A model generated the notes under the pieces. It was not told the origin of the DNA. It saw nothing but the letters and a program-made list of their open reading frames with translations, and made no database searches. From positions 1 to 36,622 of IMG/VR virus record IMGVR_UViG_3300014885_000002: a stretch of 36,622 nucleotides of DNA; one strand, 5' to 3'. Below are positions 7,309 through 18,016 of this stretch, piece by piece. Every line of letters starts with the position of its first letter. Position 1 is the stretch's first letter. Position numbers and translations under genes: made by a program. Source of the stretch: a virus. Taxonomy: Duplodnaviria; Caudoviricetes.

Positions 7309-8508
7309 TTATACGTTGGTAACATCCCAGGAAAAAGTAATATTTTCAAATCCAGCAACCCCTGTGTTTGCAAATGGGCCCTGTCCAACATTCGCATAAA
7401 TTATAATAGAGCCAGAAGTATTAACAGAGACAGCCCCAATTGCAAAAGTAGTATTATCAACTACATAGGCTAAATCAAATACATCCACTAAGGGTCTAAG
7501 CGCAACTGGAACAATAGTGCTTACTGAAATAACCGAAGAGCTCGTCGTCGCTGTAGCTGGTATTCTAGAAATGACCGCCGTGGCAATATTATTTTCACGA
7601 GTGATGGTCAGATTTCCAGAGACGGAACCAGCAAATGGGCCGGCCCAACTCACAGAAGTAGAAAATTCATTGAAATAATTAATAGTTCCACCACCGTTTA
7701 CACCTGCTAAAGTAATACCACCCTTAATAAGGGTAGGTATAGTATTCGACCCTATTTCAATAGGAAGAGTAGTGATTTCTCCGATTACTAGAGGAAAGCC
7801 ACCGGCAGTAATGGTATCAATTTTATTAGTGCGAACACCTGTAGTCACAGCTCCCGTGTTCTGTCCTATAATGGTAATACCGTCATAAAGGACATGCACA
7901 TTTAAAGTAGTTCCCGCGCCAACATTATTTACAACATCTGTAATAATACCGGCAGGGAAGGCTACATTAGAGATTGCGCCCCCTATAGTAATCGTAGAGG
8001 TTTGATTGTTGCCTATGAACATTTGGTCAGCAGCCAATATTCCCTCAATAATATTTACGCGTATCGCATCAACAAAAGTTTTTACACCATCGAAGACTTG
8101 TGGCTGTGTAGATACAATCCCTGGACGCCCCAAATCAGCAAATTCTAACGAAACGTTTGTGCCAGAAATAACAATACCGTTATTATCTACTGGGGCAATT
8201 GGAGCAGTAACAGTCAGTGAGCCGGCAGTAAATAAATCAGCACCTAATGTAACTGGGTTTAATCCCGTAATATTAACAAAAGAAGTTGCGCCGACGCTGT
8301 CTTTAATAAAAAGCCAATCGCCAACAAATACTTTATCGCTTACCGGCACGTTCTCGAAATTTGGTGGAAAATATCCAGGAGCCGCTATTTGCGCTAATGT
8401 ATCAGTAGTGCTTTTGTAAGTATGAGGAATCGCCGTAAAACCTTGCCCTTGAGCATTTGCACTGGTGATGCCTCGGTTAAATTGAAAACCTAATATATTA
8501 AATGCCAT
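7309..8508 (-). CDS. Tail fibre/virion protein, paralog of 8523-9824
   Basis: G/T/I/V-rich beta pattern; shared NRG..T.A.AQG, HTY, YFPP, APIAPVDNN and Q.F.G.KTF motifs. Confidence 0.7.
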   Translation of the reverse strand: MAFNILGFQFNRGITSANAQGQGFTAIPHTYKSTTDTLAQIAAPGYFPPNFENVPVSDKVFVGDWLFIKDSVGATSFVNITGLNPVTLGADLFTAGSLTVTAPIAPVDNNGIVISGTNVSLEFADLGRPGIVSTQPQVFDGVKTFVDAIRVNIIEGILAADQMFIGNNQTSTITIGGAISNVAFPAGIITDVVNNVGAGTTLNVHVLYDGITIIGQNTGAVTTGVRTNKIDTITAGGFPLVIGEITTLPIEIGSNTIPTLIKGGITLAGVNGGGTINYFNEFSTSVSWAGPFAGSVSGNLTITRENNIATAVISRIPATATTSSSVISVSTIVPVALRPLVDVFDLAYVVDNTTFAIGAVSVNTSGSIIIYANVGQGPFANTGVAGFENITFSWDVTNV

Positions 8509-8522
8509 GATAAAATCCTCTA

Positions 8523-9824
8523 TTAATTAAGTGAGTATGCAAAAGATCCAGAATCAAAACCATTAGTGACTGCCGCTGTAAACGCGGTCGTAAAATCCGC
8601 GTTGTTATATATATCAATACTTCCAGCCGCAGTAATATTAATAGCGCCTCCAGAACTAATACCATTATTGGTAACTATGTAAAATCCAGATGTATCATTC
8701 GTGGGTCTAAATCGTGCTGGCAATAAAGTATCAGTACTAAAAGTAGGGCCCGGAGCGCCTTGTCCTGGAACAGAAACAACAGTTTTATTGGTTACCGTTA
8801 CTGCATCGCCTACCCGAACAAAACGAAAAGTTGTGCTTCCACTAGTTTCTGTATTGAGAGAAAATGTAGACACATGGTCATATTCTTCATAATCATTTAA
8901 AAGTGCAGGAGTTCCTCCAGGAGTAGCAAATGATACTGGTTTTGGGAAAGATACATCTGTTGTATCTGTGCCACCTATTTTTAAAGTTCCTGGGGTAAAA
9001 ACATCTACCTCATCAACATTAATATTATTGCCAGCCGTAATATTTACTTGTTTATGCAAAGTTATAGACGTTGCATTATTTAGTCCTATATCAAGATTGG
9101 TTGCTGTCCTTGTATCTAAATTATCACTCAAAAGATTAGCAAAAATTGTCACAGTTTGCAGAGTATCATTTAAAATAACACCCGCATTGTTTCCGGCTAT
9201 TAAGTAAAGCTCTGGATCAAGAGTAGCAAATCCTGTGCGTTTATAAATTAAACCAAATACCATTCCTGGAAGTCCGGTATCACCGATTGAAAATCCAGGC
9301 ACAGCGTTTGGATCGCTTGTAACTAACTGAACCCCAAAACTGCCTATCGTCTTTTGAATAGTTAATCCATTGACAGGATCTATAATATTAATATTGGCAT
9401 GGAAGGTTTTTTCGCCTCCAAAATCTTGAGGGGCAGTACTCATAATTCCGTTGTGTGTTTGATCTGCAATTTCCATCTGTAAAATACCGGCTGTAATTTT
9501 AGCCGCATTATTATCAACCGGAGCAATAGGAGCGCCTACACTTAATCCAGCAGCGCCCGAAAATAAATCTATATCCACAACAAAAGGATCTAATGAAAGT
9601 ATTCTTGCCATAATGGCGGTATCAGAACCAGTGACAAACATATAATCGAGAAGCAAAATATCTTCTTGATTAGCTCCTTGATCTAAAAAAGGAGGAAAAT
9701 AAAGTTTTATATTAGCGACTGTGGTTTGTTCATCAATGTATGTATGAATAACCGACGTATCTTTCCCTTGCGCAGAAGCGGTAGTTCGACCTCTATTTAT
9801 TTGTAAATTCTTAACACTAAACAT
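8523..9824 (-). CDS. Tail fibre/virion protein, paralog of 7309-8508
   Basis: As above; L.DYEE and LP.RFRP C-terminal fibre-like domain. Confidence 0.7.
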   Translation of the reverse strand: MFSVKNLQINRGRTTASAQGKDTSVIHTYIDEQTTVANIKLYFPPFLDQGANQEDILLLDYMFVTGSDTAIMARILSLDPFVVDIDLFSGAAGLSVGAPIAPVDNNAAKITAGILQMEIADQTHNGIMSTAPQDFGGEKTFHANINIIDPVNGLTIQKTIGSFGVQLVTSDPNAVPGFSIGDTGLPGMVFGLIYKRTGFATLDPELYLIAGNNAGVILNDTLQTVTIFANLLSDNLDTRTATNLDIGLNNATSITLHKQVNITAGNNINVDEVDVFTPGTLKIGGTDTTDVSFPKPVSFATPGGTPALLNDYEEYDHVSTFSLNTETSGSTTFRFVRVGDAVTVTNKTVVSVPGQGAPGPTFSTDTLLPARFRPTNDTSGFYIVTNNGISSGGAINITAAGSIDIYNNADFTTAFTAAVTNGFDSGSFAYSLN

Positions 9825-9825
9825 T

Positions 9826-10170
9826 TTATTCTCCGCTTGTCCACGTTAAAAGGGTTGCCGTGGTATTACCTTCTGAGCTAACACTTAATACACGTTTAAT
9901 TAATCCTCTAATCTCTTGCCCAGGAATCACAGCAGCAATAAAAGAAATAATAGGAATGTTATTAAGGGTATAAGCCATTTCTAAAGCCAAACTTCCCGCA
10001 CCACCTACTAATATAGAATTTGCCGTTATTTGAGGAACAATGACGCCATTTTGATTAATAGTAAAATATTGATCGAGTATAACTGGCAAAGCGATCCCGA
10101 AATGTCTGCCTAACTCACTCATTCTTGAAGCTTCATTTGCTAACTTAACTCTAATATCAATTGTTGCCAT
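9826..10170 (-). CDS. Small virion protein (spike base-like)
   Basis: Position in tail module; ILVGGAG.L and IKRVLS pattern. Confidence 0.5.
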   Translation of the reverse strand: MATIDIRVKLANEASRMSELGRHFGIALPVILDQYFTINQNGVIVPQITANSILVGGAGSLALEMAYTLNNIPIISFIAAVIPGQEIRGLIKRVLSVSSEGNTTATLLTWTSGE

Positions 10171-10214
10171 GATTTACCTTTTAAATAAATTTTAAAATCA
10201 TTATATCATCTTTA

Positions 10215-11849
10215 TTATAATTTAACATATATCCATAAATAGAATGTCGGTTGCATAGTATTATGCGCCGCACCCCCTCCGGTGGCAGACGTTACTAATC
10301 CCTGAGATGCGAATCCAGGTACACCGTCTGCGCCCCCTCCAGTAAAAAATTCTATCGAACTTGAAGCAGACGTTACTACGGTATGTGTGTGCGCTGGAAT
10401 TTCAGGAATAGTTAAAGTATGAGCACGCTCACCTTCAGAAAATGAGAACGGCGCATTAATTGATAAATTGACGCCAGCTCCGGCAAGAACATACCCTAAA
10501 ATACGCCTAGGAATTGTCATGGGCTTATTAGCATTAAAGTCAGCCAATGCAGATACACCACGCCCCCCAAAAACTATCAGTTCAGTTTGAGCGAAAGACT
10601 CCCACCATGCGATATATAAATTTTTAACTACATGACCAGTATGGACAGCACCACTTCCCGTATTCCCAATAAATGAAACATTCACATCAATCAATGGGAG
10701 CCATCCGGGTATATTAATAGGGGAGCCACCAGGAGCGTTGCTCATCCATTTCAATTCGCCTGTCCTAAAAAAAATATTGCCGTTATTAATTAAATCGATT
10801 AATACTTTATATTGATCTTGAGCATACGTTTGCTGGATATAAGGAGTTGATCCAAAAACGCCACGCTGTACTTGAAAGTTAGCTAATTCAAATGTTCCAA
10901 TCGTATTAAGAGGAAATTGCCATTCAAGAAATATATGATCATCTAAATCAGTTCCTTTGTTTTTTCCTATTACTGAAGGAACATTCAATGTAAAAGATTG
11001 CCTCGCAAACGCACCATTAGAAAATGTAAATATTTGAGGCGTCGTAACCACCGGCGACGGCGCACCCCCATTTCCAAAAAATTGACCAAATATAAAAACA
11101 CCTTGAGCACCTACAAGATTCGAACGCGTCTCAAATGAGACTGTAATTGTTTCACCAGAAAATCGTTCAACATTAGGAATAACATTTATAATACCGGCGT
11201 CGGTAACAGGAGTCCCTATATTAGAAAATTGATACCTAAAATATCGAGTGGCATTTGCACTTGGTTCATTTGGAAATCCAGCTCCTATCGCGGTTACTGC
11301 AACAAATTGAATGCTGTCTGTTGAACCTGCGCCTCCCTGTTTCTGAAATATCCATCCAGCATCTGCGAGGGGAGTATAATTTCCAGACGTATCTTTATAA
11401 AATCCACTTCCTGGAGCGATGCGAGTTTGTCCAATAGGAGCGGGTGATATTAAGGAATCCGCCTCATTGACTGCGTCAATAAAAAGAAATTGTCCATTAA
11501 CTAAATGGTTTTCTATATCTACATTTGCTGTAATAGGAGTAATGCCACCTGATGAAATTGGGAAATTATCGATGGTAAAAATAATATTCCCAGCGGCATC
11601 TTTAACTACTACATAATATAAATCGACACCATTATTTTCCCAATACATAGGCACAGGAGAACCACCAGTCGCATCTAAAATAATTGGATCGATATAAGGA
11701 AACATTCCTAGTGCATCGGAAAAAACAAACTTCGGTGTTGAATGGTCGATGCTACTAAATGTAGTAATTGAACCACCAGCAGCAAGACGACCAAATGCAT
11801 CAAAGAAGTACCATTTGGGATTAGGAGCTAAATTAAATGTTGATGCCAT
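10215..11849 (-). CDS. Tail fibre/spike with N-terminal virion-attachment domain and C-terminal short-fibre tip
   Basis: N-terminal FFD..G..AAGG, FSD, P.ILD..G; C-terminal GE..HTLT..EIP.HTH...GG..AHN.MQP. Confidence 0.8.
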   Translation of the reverse strand: MASTFNLAPNPKWYFFDAFGRLAAGGSITTFSSIDHSTPKFVFSDALGMFPYIDPIILDATGGSPVPMYWENNGVDLYYVVVKDAAGNIIFTIDNFPISSGGITPITANVDIENHLVNGQFLFIDAVNEADSLISPAPIGQTRIAPGSGFYKDTSGNYTPLADAGWIFQKQGGAGSTDSIQFVAVTAIGAGFPNEPSANATRYFRYQFSNIGTPVTDAGIINVIPNVERFSGETITVSFETRSNLVGAQGVFIFGQFFGNGGAPSPVVTTPQIFTFSNGAFARQSFTLNVPSVIGKNKGTDLDDHIFLEWQFPLNTIGTFELANFQVQRGVFGSTPYIQQTYAQDQYKVLIDLINNGNIFFRTGELKWMSNAPGGSPINIPGWLPLIDVNVSFIGNTGSGAVHTGHVVKNLYIAWWESFAQTELIVFGGRGVSALADFNANKPMTIPRRILGYVLAGAGVNLSINAPFSFSEGERAHTLTIPEIPAHTHTVVTSASSSIEFFTGGGADGVPGFASQGLVTSATGGGAAHNTMQPTFYLWIYVKL

Positions 11850-11859
11850 GTTTCACCTA

Positions 11860-13551
11860 TTATAAAATTTGTCGTCCAGTTTCAATGCTACCCAAAATAC
11901 TAGTTGCCCAAGCACTTCTTCTTAGAAGTTTTCCAAGTCCTTGTGTTTTCGATTGCTCATTTTTAATATTTTCAGACATATCACCTAATTTAGATAATGC
12001 TTGTTGAATAGATGATTTTTGAATTGGATTTAGTAAGTTAGAATCTATTCCTTTCATATTATTAATTAATTGATCAGGATTAATATTCCCAGATATATCT
12101 TGTACATTATTAGTTATAGAGTTATATAATTTTGCATCTTTTAAATCTTGACCTAACCCTTGTAATTGCTGCCTTATTTGTGGAGTAATAAATTGAGCTA
12201 TATTTTTTGTGGTAAGACCCTGCGCGCTTTTAGCAAAATTATTTGTATTTATATTTCCGCTAATATCCATTAATGGATTGCTTTGACTGCCAGCTAATTT
12301 TGCTAATGGGATATATTGTTTTTGTTCTGGTGTTAAATGACTGAGGATTGTATTAACTGTTCCTGGAACTTGATTAGGAGAGACAGGTAACTCAGGCTTA
12401 GAAAGAATATTGCTTATATTAGCCGGCTGAACTCCTTGGCGAACTAATTTATTGATAGCTGAATTTTCATAATAAGGAATAACATTATTTTTCCAGAATG
12501 CCTGATCATCTTTATATTGCGGTGCATATGTAGAAATATTATTGATAATTTTATTCCTTAAATCACTCAATACATTAATTGATTCATTATCTCTCTGAGA
12601 ATAAGGAACCGTCTTTTTGTCAGCTATCATTGCTCCCATTTGAGATTGAACTTCATGTAAATTTCGTAAATTTGGAGTTTGATTAGCTGTTATTATTTTA
12701 TTTGCAAGTAATGGATCCATATTCATAGCTTTTTCAAGCTGAGCACTTTCTGCAGGATTAATATGAGCATCTTCTGGTGAAATAATAGGATTAGTATCAC
12801 TCAATGTTTTGTCAAATCTAGCAGACCCAAGGGCATAATTTTGTTGATGCGCATTAAAAACATGTTGCGATAAAATTTGATTTTCATTGCCTATAAGATT
12901 TTTATAATCCGGAGTGCCGTACATTTGTTGCAATGCTTCATGCGTATTTTGTTCCAACTCATCTTGAGGCGTAATTTTAGAGGATCCAAATAAATCTGTA
13001 AGTGAATTTTTAGCCTCATTTCCAAATTTCATCATAGCTTCTTCTACATTTTGCCCCATCAATGTTTTAGCAAATGAAGTATTTTGGAGTTTGCTTAAAA
13101 TTGCTTTTCCGCCGGCTGCGCCTAATGCTCCCAATTCTGGAATTGCTTCTAATCCACTAGCACCTAATGCAGTATTCCCAGCAAGACTTAATAAATTGCT
13201 TCCTTGTTGGGAAGGAGTAGGAACTTCTTGCGCTAATGAAGTGGCTACTTGTGAAATAGGAGAAGGAAGAACCGCCGACATTAATCCTGCACCTTGTTGG
13301 GCTAATGCATTAGGAACTGATTTAGCTATGTTCGCGAGTCCAGGTAAAATCATATGAGGATTTTGCGCTACAGCAGATCCCAATGTTCCAACACCTGGCG
13401 CAATTATATCTAGTGCTTTACCCAATAATCCTTCTTGTGGTACATTATTTTCCTTTTCATTAATGGGCACAAAGTTTTTAGAAACATATACATTGGACTT
13501 AGAAGGTGATTCAGAATCATCTATAGGCACAAAGTTTTTAGATGTGTACAT
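11860..13551 (-). CDS. DNA ejection protein (P22 gp16 position)
   Basis: Large Q/N/L-rich helical protein; TAATG coupling suggests start at 13551; synteny. Confidence 0.65.
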   Translation of the reverse strand: MYTSKNFVPIDDSESPSKSNVYVSKNFVPINEKENNVPQEGLLGKALDIIAPGVGTLGSAVAQNPHMILPGLANIAKSVPNALAQQGAGLMSAVLPSPISQVATSLAQEVPTPSQQGSNLLSLAGNTALGASGLEAIPELGALGAAGGKAILSKLQNTSFAKTLMGQNVEEAMMKFGNEAKNSLTDLFGSSKITPQDELEQNTHEALQQMYGTPDYKNLIGNENQILSQHVFNAHQQNYALGSARFDKTLSDTNPIISPEDAHINPAESAQLEKAMNMDPLLANKIITANQTPNLRNLHEVQSQMGAMIADKKTVPYSQRDNESINVLSDLRNKIINNISTYAPQYKDDQAFWKNNVIPYYENSAINKLVRQGVQPANISNILSKPELPVSPNQVPGTVNTILSHLTPEQKQYIPLAKLAGSQSNPLMDISGNINTNNFAKSAQGLTTKNIAQFITPQIRQQLQGLGQDLKDAKLYNSITNNVQDISGNINPDQLINNMKGIDSNLLNPIQKSSIQQALSKLGDMSENIKNEQSKTQGLGKLLRRSAWATSILGSIETGRQIL

Positions 13552-14813
13552 TATTGTAAACTCCATCCGCCTTTAAGAGCATCTCGCAATTCTCCTACGG
13601 GCAATCGTCCTAACTGCCCCTCCGGATTTCTTACTTCAACTGTTTGTGAATTTGACTGAGAAGATGCACCACCTAGATTTGCTTGTTTTTCTCGAACCCC
13701 TGGGAAAATTGGTTGCGCTGCCGTACTTGCTGCGTGCGCAATTTGAGTCATTTGGTCTTTAAGACGATAATATTGATCCATTGCGCGCGCAGGATTACCA
13801 GACATAGAATCAAATGCTTGTAATATATTTCCTCTAATTTCATTGCGCGTACTTTCTTGAACGCCCAGTCCTTCTACCTGACGCATTAAGTTTGCAACCA
13901 TGGATGTATATTGATTATGAAATTGCAAATAGTCTTCATAGTCTTTAGGATTTTGTTTCGACCACGCTTGTAAGCCCCCTGATACTTTTCCTGCAATTCC
14001 AGCATATTTTGCAGCATTTGCTGCCATAGCATCATTACTTGGATCATTCAAAATCTTTTCAATTTCTACAGCACTTTCTAATCTTTTTGTCGTAGGACTT
14101 GTTACAGAACTTTTATTGGCTGCAATCTGAGAAGCGACAGCAAAAGGCAATTGAGCCGCATTAGGATCCGCATTATTATTAGCCATCTGAGGAATTACCG
14201 GAGGCGCGGGTTGACCTTGAGCAGGAATTCCAGTTATAGGGGCATTTTGTACAGGTTGTTGTTGAGCGGGAGGTTGCGGCTGAGCATTATTTAAGACCAA
14301 CCCTAAAGCTCCTGAAATTTGATCAGGATGCGAAGCAATATAAGCTGCCCGAGCAGCGGGCGGAAGAGCATTAAGTATTTGCTTAAGATTATAAGCACTC
14401 CCCATTCCAAAACGATTTTGTTGTTGCGCTAATTTTTGAGGAGCTAAGTTAATATTCTGTTTTATCTGTTCAATCTGAGCTGCCTTTAGTGCTAGCGCTT
14501 GTTTAAATGCTTGAGGTTGTTCTTGAAATTTCTGGCTATTCATCGAATTCAATATTTGTTTTTGCTGAACATCTAGAGCGCTTAATTGGGGGGCATATTG
14601 AGCAGTATTTTGCATTACAGAAGTTTTAGCCGCTCCTTGTTGCAATGCTTGGTTCATTAATTGAGGGGCAGCATTTAATTGTATTTGAGATAAAGCGTTT
14701 TTCATTTGATTTTGACGCAAAGTATCTAATGTATTCGCTGTTTGTGCATATGCCCCGAAAACTGTTTGTGGTTGTTGGGTAAATAAATTTGCCCACATTC
14801 TAGAACCGTACAT
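13551..14813 (-). CDS. DNA ejection protein (P22 gp20 position)
   Basis: Q/A-rich; C-terminal V.NP.GQ.G..P...L..A.K.G motif; synteny. Confidence 0.65.
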   Translation of the reverse strand: MYGSRMWANLFTQQPQTVFGAYAQTANTLDTLRQNQMKNALSQIQLNAAPQLMNQALQQGAAKTSVMQNTAQYAPQLSALDVQQKQILNSMNSQKFQEQPQAFKQALALKAAQIEQIKQNINLAPQKLAQQQNRFGMGSAYNLKQILNALPPAARAAYIASHPDQISGALGLVLNNAQPQPPAQQQPVQNAPITGIPAQGQPAPPVIPQMANNNADPNAAQLPFAVASQIAANKSSVTSPTTKRLESAVEIEKILNDPSNDAMAANAAKYAGIAGKVSGGLQAWSKQNPKDYEDYLQFHNQYTSMVANLMRQVEGLGVQESTRNEIRGNILQAFDSMSGNPARAMDQYYRLKDQMTQIAHAASTAAQPIFPGVREKQANLGGASSQSNSQTVEVRNPEGQLGRLPVGELRDALKGGWSLQ

Positions 14814-14823
14814 AAGTTACCCC

Positions 14824-15438
14824 TTAAAAAAAGCTAGCTGCTAACCCTATTCCTTGCCCGAGCATATTTGTCCATCCTTTCGATTCTCCTTCTTCTTGAC
14901 CGGCACGCGCATTAGCCATATTTTCATAATAACGTTGCTCTAAAGCTGCTTGTTGTTCTGCTAAATTTGATCCTTGCATTCCTGCTTGGAATCCTTCTTT
15001 TTGCATTCCTCCTAGACCACCTAAATATTGATCTCTTATGCCAAACATATTTTGCATATACTTATCAAAGTCTTGACTCCTGACTGACTGAGCTAATCCC
15101 GCTGCAGCCGTTTGGGCTGCTCCGGAACCTAACATACCGCTCGCAGTAGCTGCATTATTTGCATTCTTTTGTCCCACTTGAATTTGTGCTTGAGCTTCGG
15201 GAGACATCTTGTAACTATTAGCAAATTGATTGTATAAATCCATTGGATTCTTAGATTGACCGAGCGTATCCATATATTGTTGATATAATCCCGGTTCACG
15301 CTGCATAAAAGGACTTAAATATCCCATCCCTTGATTATATAATCCTTGGCTACCTTGGAGACCTTGATTTAGTTCGTTGTACATGGCTGCGCCAGCGGAC
15401 GCTTGACCACCACCAAAAAGCATATCTTGCCAATCCAT
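14824..15438 (-). CDS. DNA ejection/transfer protein (P22 gp7-like)
   Basis: G/A/Q-rich; YLSPF...P, SP..Q.Q...G, A.A.G.LGSG. Confidence 0.75.
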   Translation of the reverse strand: MDWQDMLFGGGQASAGAAMYNELNQGLQGSQGLYNQGMGYLSPFMQREPGLYQQYMDTLGQSKNPMDLYNQFANSYKMSPEAQAQIQVGQKNANNAATASGMLGSGAAQTAAAGLAQSVRSQDFDKYMQNMFGIRDQYLGGLGGMQKEGFQAGMQGSNLAEQQAALEQRYYENMANARAGQEEGESKGWTNMLGQGIGLAASFF

Positions 15439-15445
15439 AAATCAC

Positions 15446-15775
15446 CTATGCTGGAATCGGAGTGAAAGTTACCCATGCTCCGCTTTCTCTAAAATTAAAT
15501 CGATTCGTTGTTAAGTTATAAATAATCGCTCCATCAATTGCATTTTCTAATTGATCCCTTCTTGCCTGTGTCATAGAAATTATTGCCGTCAATGGCGTTT
15601 CTTGTTTGGTATCATTAAATCTGTCATGCACAACTACATTTGCTATTGTTTCAGAAATCGCATCCATGTGATTTTTCCATTCATCTGTCATCGTATTGTT
15701 GAATTGTGGATCAGATGATTTATTTATTAATGGCGCATAAATAGGTGCGACCGGTAAAAAAGGTGAATTTATCAT
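15446..15775 (-). CDS. Small virion protein
   Basis: Follows gp10-like gene; MTQA.RD.L....G.IIYN.T..F. Confidence 0.6.
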   Translation of the reverse strand: MINSPFLPVAPIYAPLINKSSDPQFNNTMTDEWKNHMDAISETIANVVVHDRFNDTKQETPLTAIISMTQARRDQLENAIDGAIIYNLTTNRFNFRESGAWVTFTPIPA

Positions 15776-17274
15776 TGTGGTTCCACCTCAATATCTACTG
15801 CAGCTCCTAAAATATAAATAGGAACCGCATTATAAATTTCAAACTTAAAAATAGCGTCCCTATACGTACCTAATGAACGCCAAATAATTCTAATCAATCT
15901 ATTTCCCGCTTCACCAAATGATGCTGTCCCAAAACTTTTATAGGTGATCCCACCATCATCTGAAACACTCAAGTACGCCATCGGGTCTACATCTGCACTT
16001 ATAGAAAGTTGAGCTTGACTGGGAAAGTGCGGCAATGAACTTAATGGTTTAGTATTAATTCTTCCAACGCCTTTCAACATATCTATTTGCAGCCTGCTGT
16101 ATTTTACTCTGTCATATGTAGGTACACTTGCTGTTCTACATATGCGTGTCCTTTTTATTTTTTCTCCATCATTGTCAAGAAAGTTATAACTCAACTCATA
16201 TAATTTACTATCTTTGTATGAAGTTAAAAAATGCTGTATCCCAAAAAATGAATGCGTATTTGCAATATCCCGTAATTCATGTGCATCTTCTAATTCATGC
16301 CAACTTCCAGTATCAGCATTAAAAACAAATGTATGATTATCGGTTGTAAAATTAATTTGATAAAAAATCTGTCCATTAATTTTATACGCAAATCCAGTTG
16401 CATCATCTGGCTTTGTAAATTTTTGTATTCGCTCATCCATTTGACGAGTACTAATTGCCCGCGGTGTAATTCCTGTTACCATCATTATTGAACCAACACC
16501 GTCCTGGTCGCCTGACAAATAAAATAATCTATCAAAAGCTTGAGATATAGAACTTATTGCTTTCACTCCATGTTCTAATAATAAGTTATTATCTCTTCTG
16601 AAACGAAAATCAGCCGCTCCAGCATCCAACCATAATTCACTTTTTGTTTGTCCAAAAAAGAATATTCTTCTTTTTAATACTGACACTCCATTTAAAATAG
16701 TTGGTCTCGAATTAATTAATGCAAAATCTAAAATGGGCCATGACGCACCATTATTTAAAGCACTTACATAAAATCTATTTTGAAATCCTACACTACCACT
16801 TATTAATAAAAACGAACCGTCCATAAATGTTACATCTAAGGGCCCAAATCCTGCTGGTAAATTAGGGGTATCATCTATTCCAGTTGATGTCGTAATATTC
16901 CATAAAAATGCTTTTGTACCATCTACAAAAATAACTTCATTTTCATTAGCAGAAATTCCGACGTGTCCCGTAATTGTAGTAAAAAAGTTTATAGCTATTA
17001 CATTTGGAACTAATGTAGTATCCATTCTATAAATTGTGTCGCCTACCACAAAATAAACAAATCCTTTAAACTCAAATGAAGCTCTACCAAAATTACCTTC
17101 ACTAAATGTTCCAATACTTTTTTTTCCTGGTGTTGGATGCAAATAAAACGGTTTTTTTCCTGTAGTAGATGCTACTTCATACATATTTATAGTACGTTCC
17201 GCATCTATTTTTGTAACTACATCTTCATGCAAACTGCCAACAATAGGAAAATCATGTCTTGTTGTTGCCATCAA
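15772..17274 (-). CDS. Packaged-DNA stabilisation protein (P22 gp10-like tail hub)
   Basis: 500 aa; INMY, TPG, DVTFMDG.F, YQINF, WHE, SDDGG.T, W..LG..R..IF. Confidence 0.88.
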   Translation of the reverse strand: MMATTRHDFPIVGSLHEDVVTKIDAERTINMYEVASTTGKKPFYLHPTPGKKSIGTFSEGNFGRASFEFKGFVYFVVGDTIYRMDTTLVPNVIAINFFTTITGHVGISANENEVIFVDGTKAFLWNITTSTGIDDTPNLPAGFGPLDVTFMDGSFLLISGSVGFQNRFYVSALNNGASWPILDFALINSRPTILNGVSVLKRRIFFFGQTKSELWLDAGAADFRFRRDNNLLLEHGVKAISSISQAFDRLFYLSGDQDGVGSIMMVTGITPRAISTRQMDERIQKFTKPDDATGFAYKINGQIFYQINFTTDNHTFVFNADTGSWHELEDAHELRDIANTHSFFGIQHFLTSYKDSKLYELSYNFLDNDGEKIKRTRICRTASVPTYDRVKYSRLQIDMLKGVGRINTKPLSSLPHFPSQAQLSISADVDPMAYLSVSDDGGITYKSFGTASFGEAGNRLIRIIWRSLGTYRDAIFKFEIYNAVPIYILGAAVDIEVEPQ

Positions 17275-18014
17275 ATAATACCGAATTTATCGTAGTATCC
17301 ATGTCTAAATGGAGACATCAGAATATTATCTGGATCTATTAATAGATTAACTTCTTGACTTCCTTTTAATCTTTGTAACATTGTTTGGTATTCTTCTTCT
17401 TGCACAGAAAAAGCAAAAGAACTGGTCTTCCAGCTTGCCGAAGGATAATAAGCCGACAATTCGCGTGCCAACCCATACCTTAAAAACTTATAATAATAAG
17501 GTGGAACTTCAGTAATAACTTGGAATGGAGATAATCTATCCAACATGAATTTAGCCCGTATTTTACAAGTAAACGCTAATTGAGGAGCTGGATAAAAAGT
17601 TATATTGCTTTGAAGTTCTAATCTATCTAAATAAATTTTATCTGGGACACCCGTTAAAGTTGGATATCTAATGCTATTTAAAACAACTGCTCTATCTACT
17701 ACACGTACAGGATAATCAATAGTTTGTTGTGTAAGAGTTACAAAATCTAATTCAACAATTCTATTAAGATTAAAATCTGCTGGAACAATATTTGAGATTA
17801 CATACGTTGCTTGCGAAGGCGTTAAAGTTACTATTACTTCTTTAATGCAAGGAATAAAAATACCTTCACCAGAAAATGAATCCAACATATCATTAAGTAA
17901 AAATAAACCGCGATCCATCATACTTGCAGTGGGGACAGTGTCCGGTGTCACTTCCCCAATCAAGTAAAAAGCATTGTTAATAATGTCGTTAACACTTCTT
18001 GAATCTTGAGCCAT
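17271..18014 (-). CDS. Head-tail adaptor (P22 gp4-like position)
   Basis: DII..A...IG, LNDMLDS, YPAP, L.Y.LA.EL...Y. Confidence 0.8.
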   Translation of the reverse strand: MAQDSRSVNDIINNAFYLIGEVTPDTVPTASMMDRGLFLLNDMLDSFSGEGIFIPCIKEVIVTLTPSQATYVISNIVPADFNLNRIVELDFVTLTQQTIDYPVRVVDRAVVLNSIRYPTLTGVPDKIYLDRLELQSNITFYPAPQLAFTCKIRAKFMLDRLSPFQVITEVPPYYYKFLRYGLARELSAYYPSASWKTSSFAFSVQEEEYQTMLQRLKGSQEVNLLIDPDNILMSPFRHGYYDKFGII

Positions 18015-18016
18015 TA

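Noticed and set aside
7309-11849. Diversity-generating retroelement or invertible tail-fibre switch
   Set aside because: No reverse transcriptase or invertase, and no near-identical template/variable repeat pair seen
8006-13357. Plus-strand ORFs such as 8006-8419, 8701-8892, 8968-9207, 11419-11616 and 13091-13357
   Set aside because: Antisense shadows of tail and ejection genes without RBS or recognisable motifs
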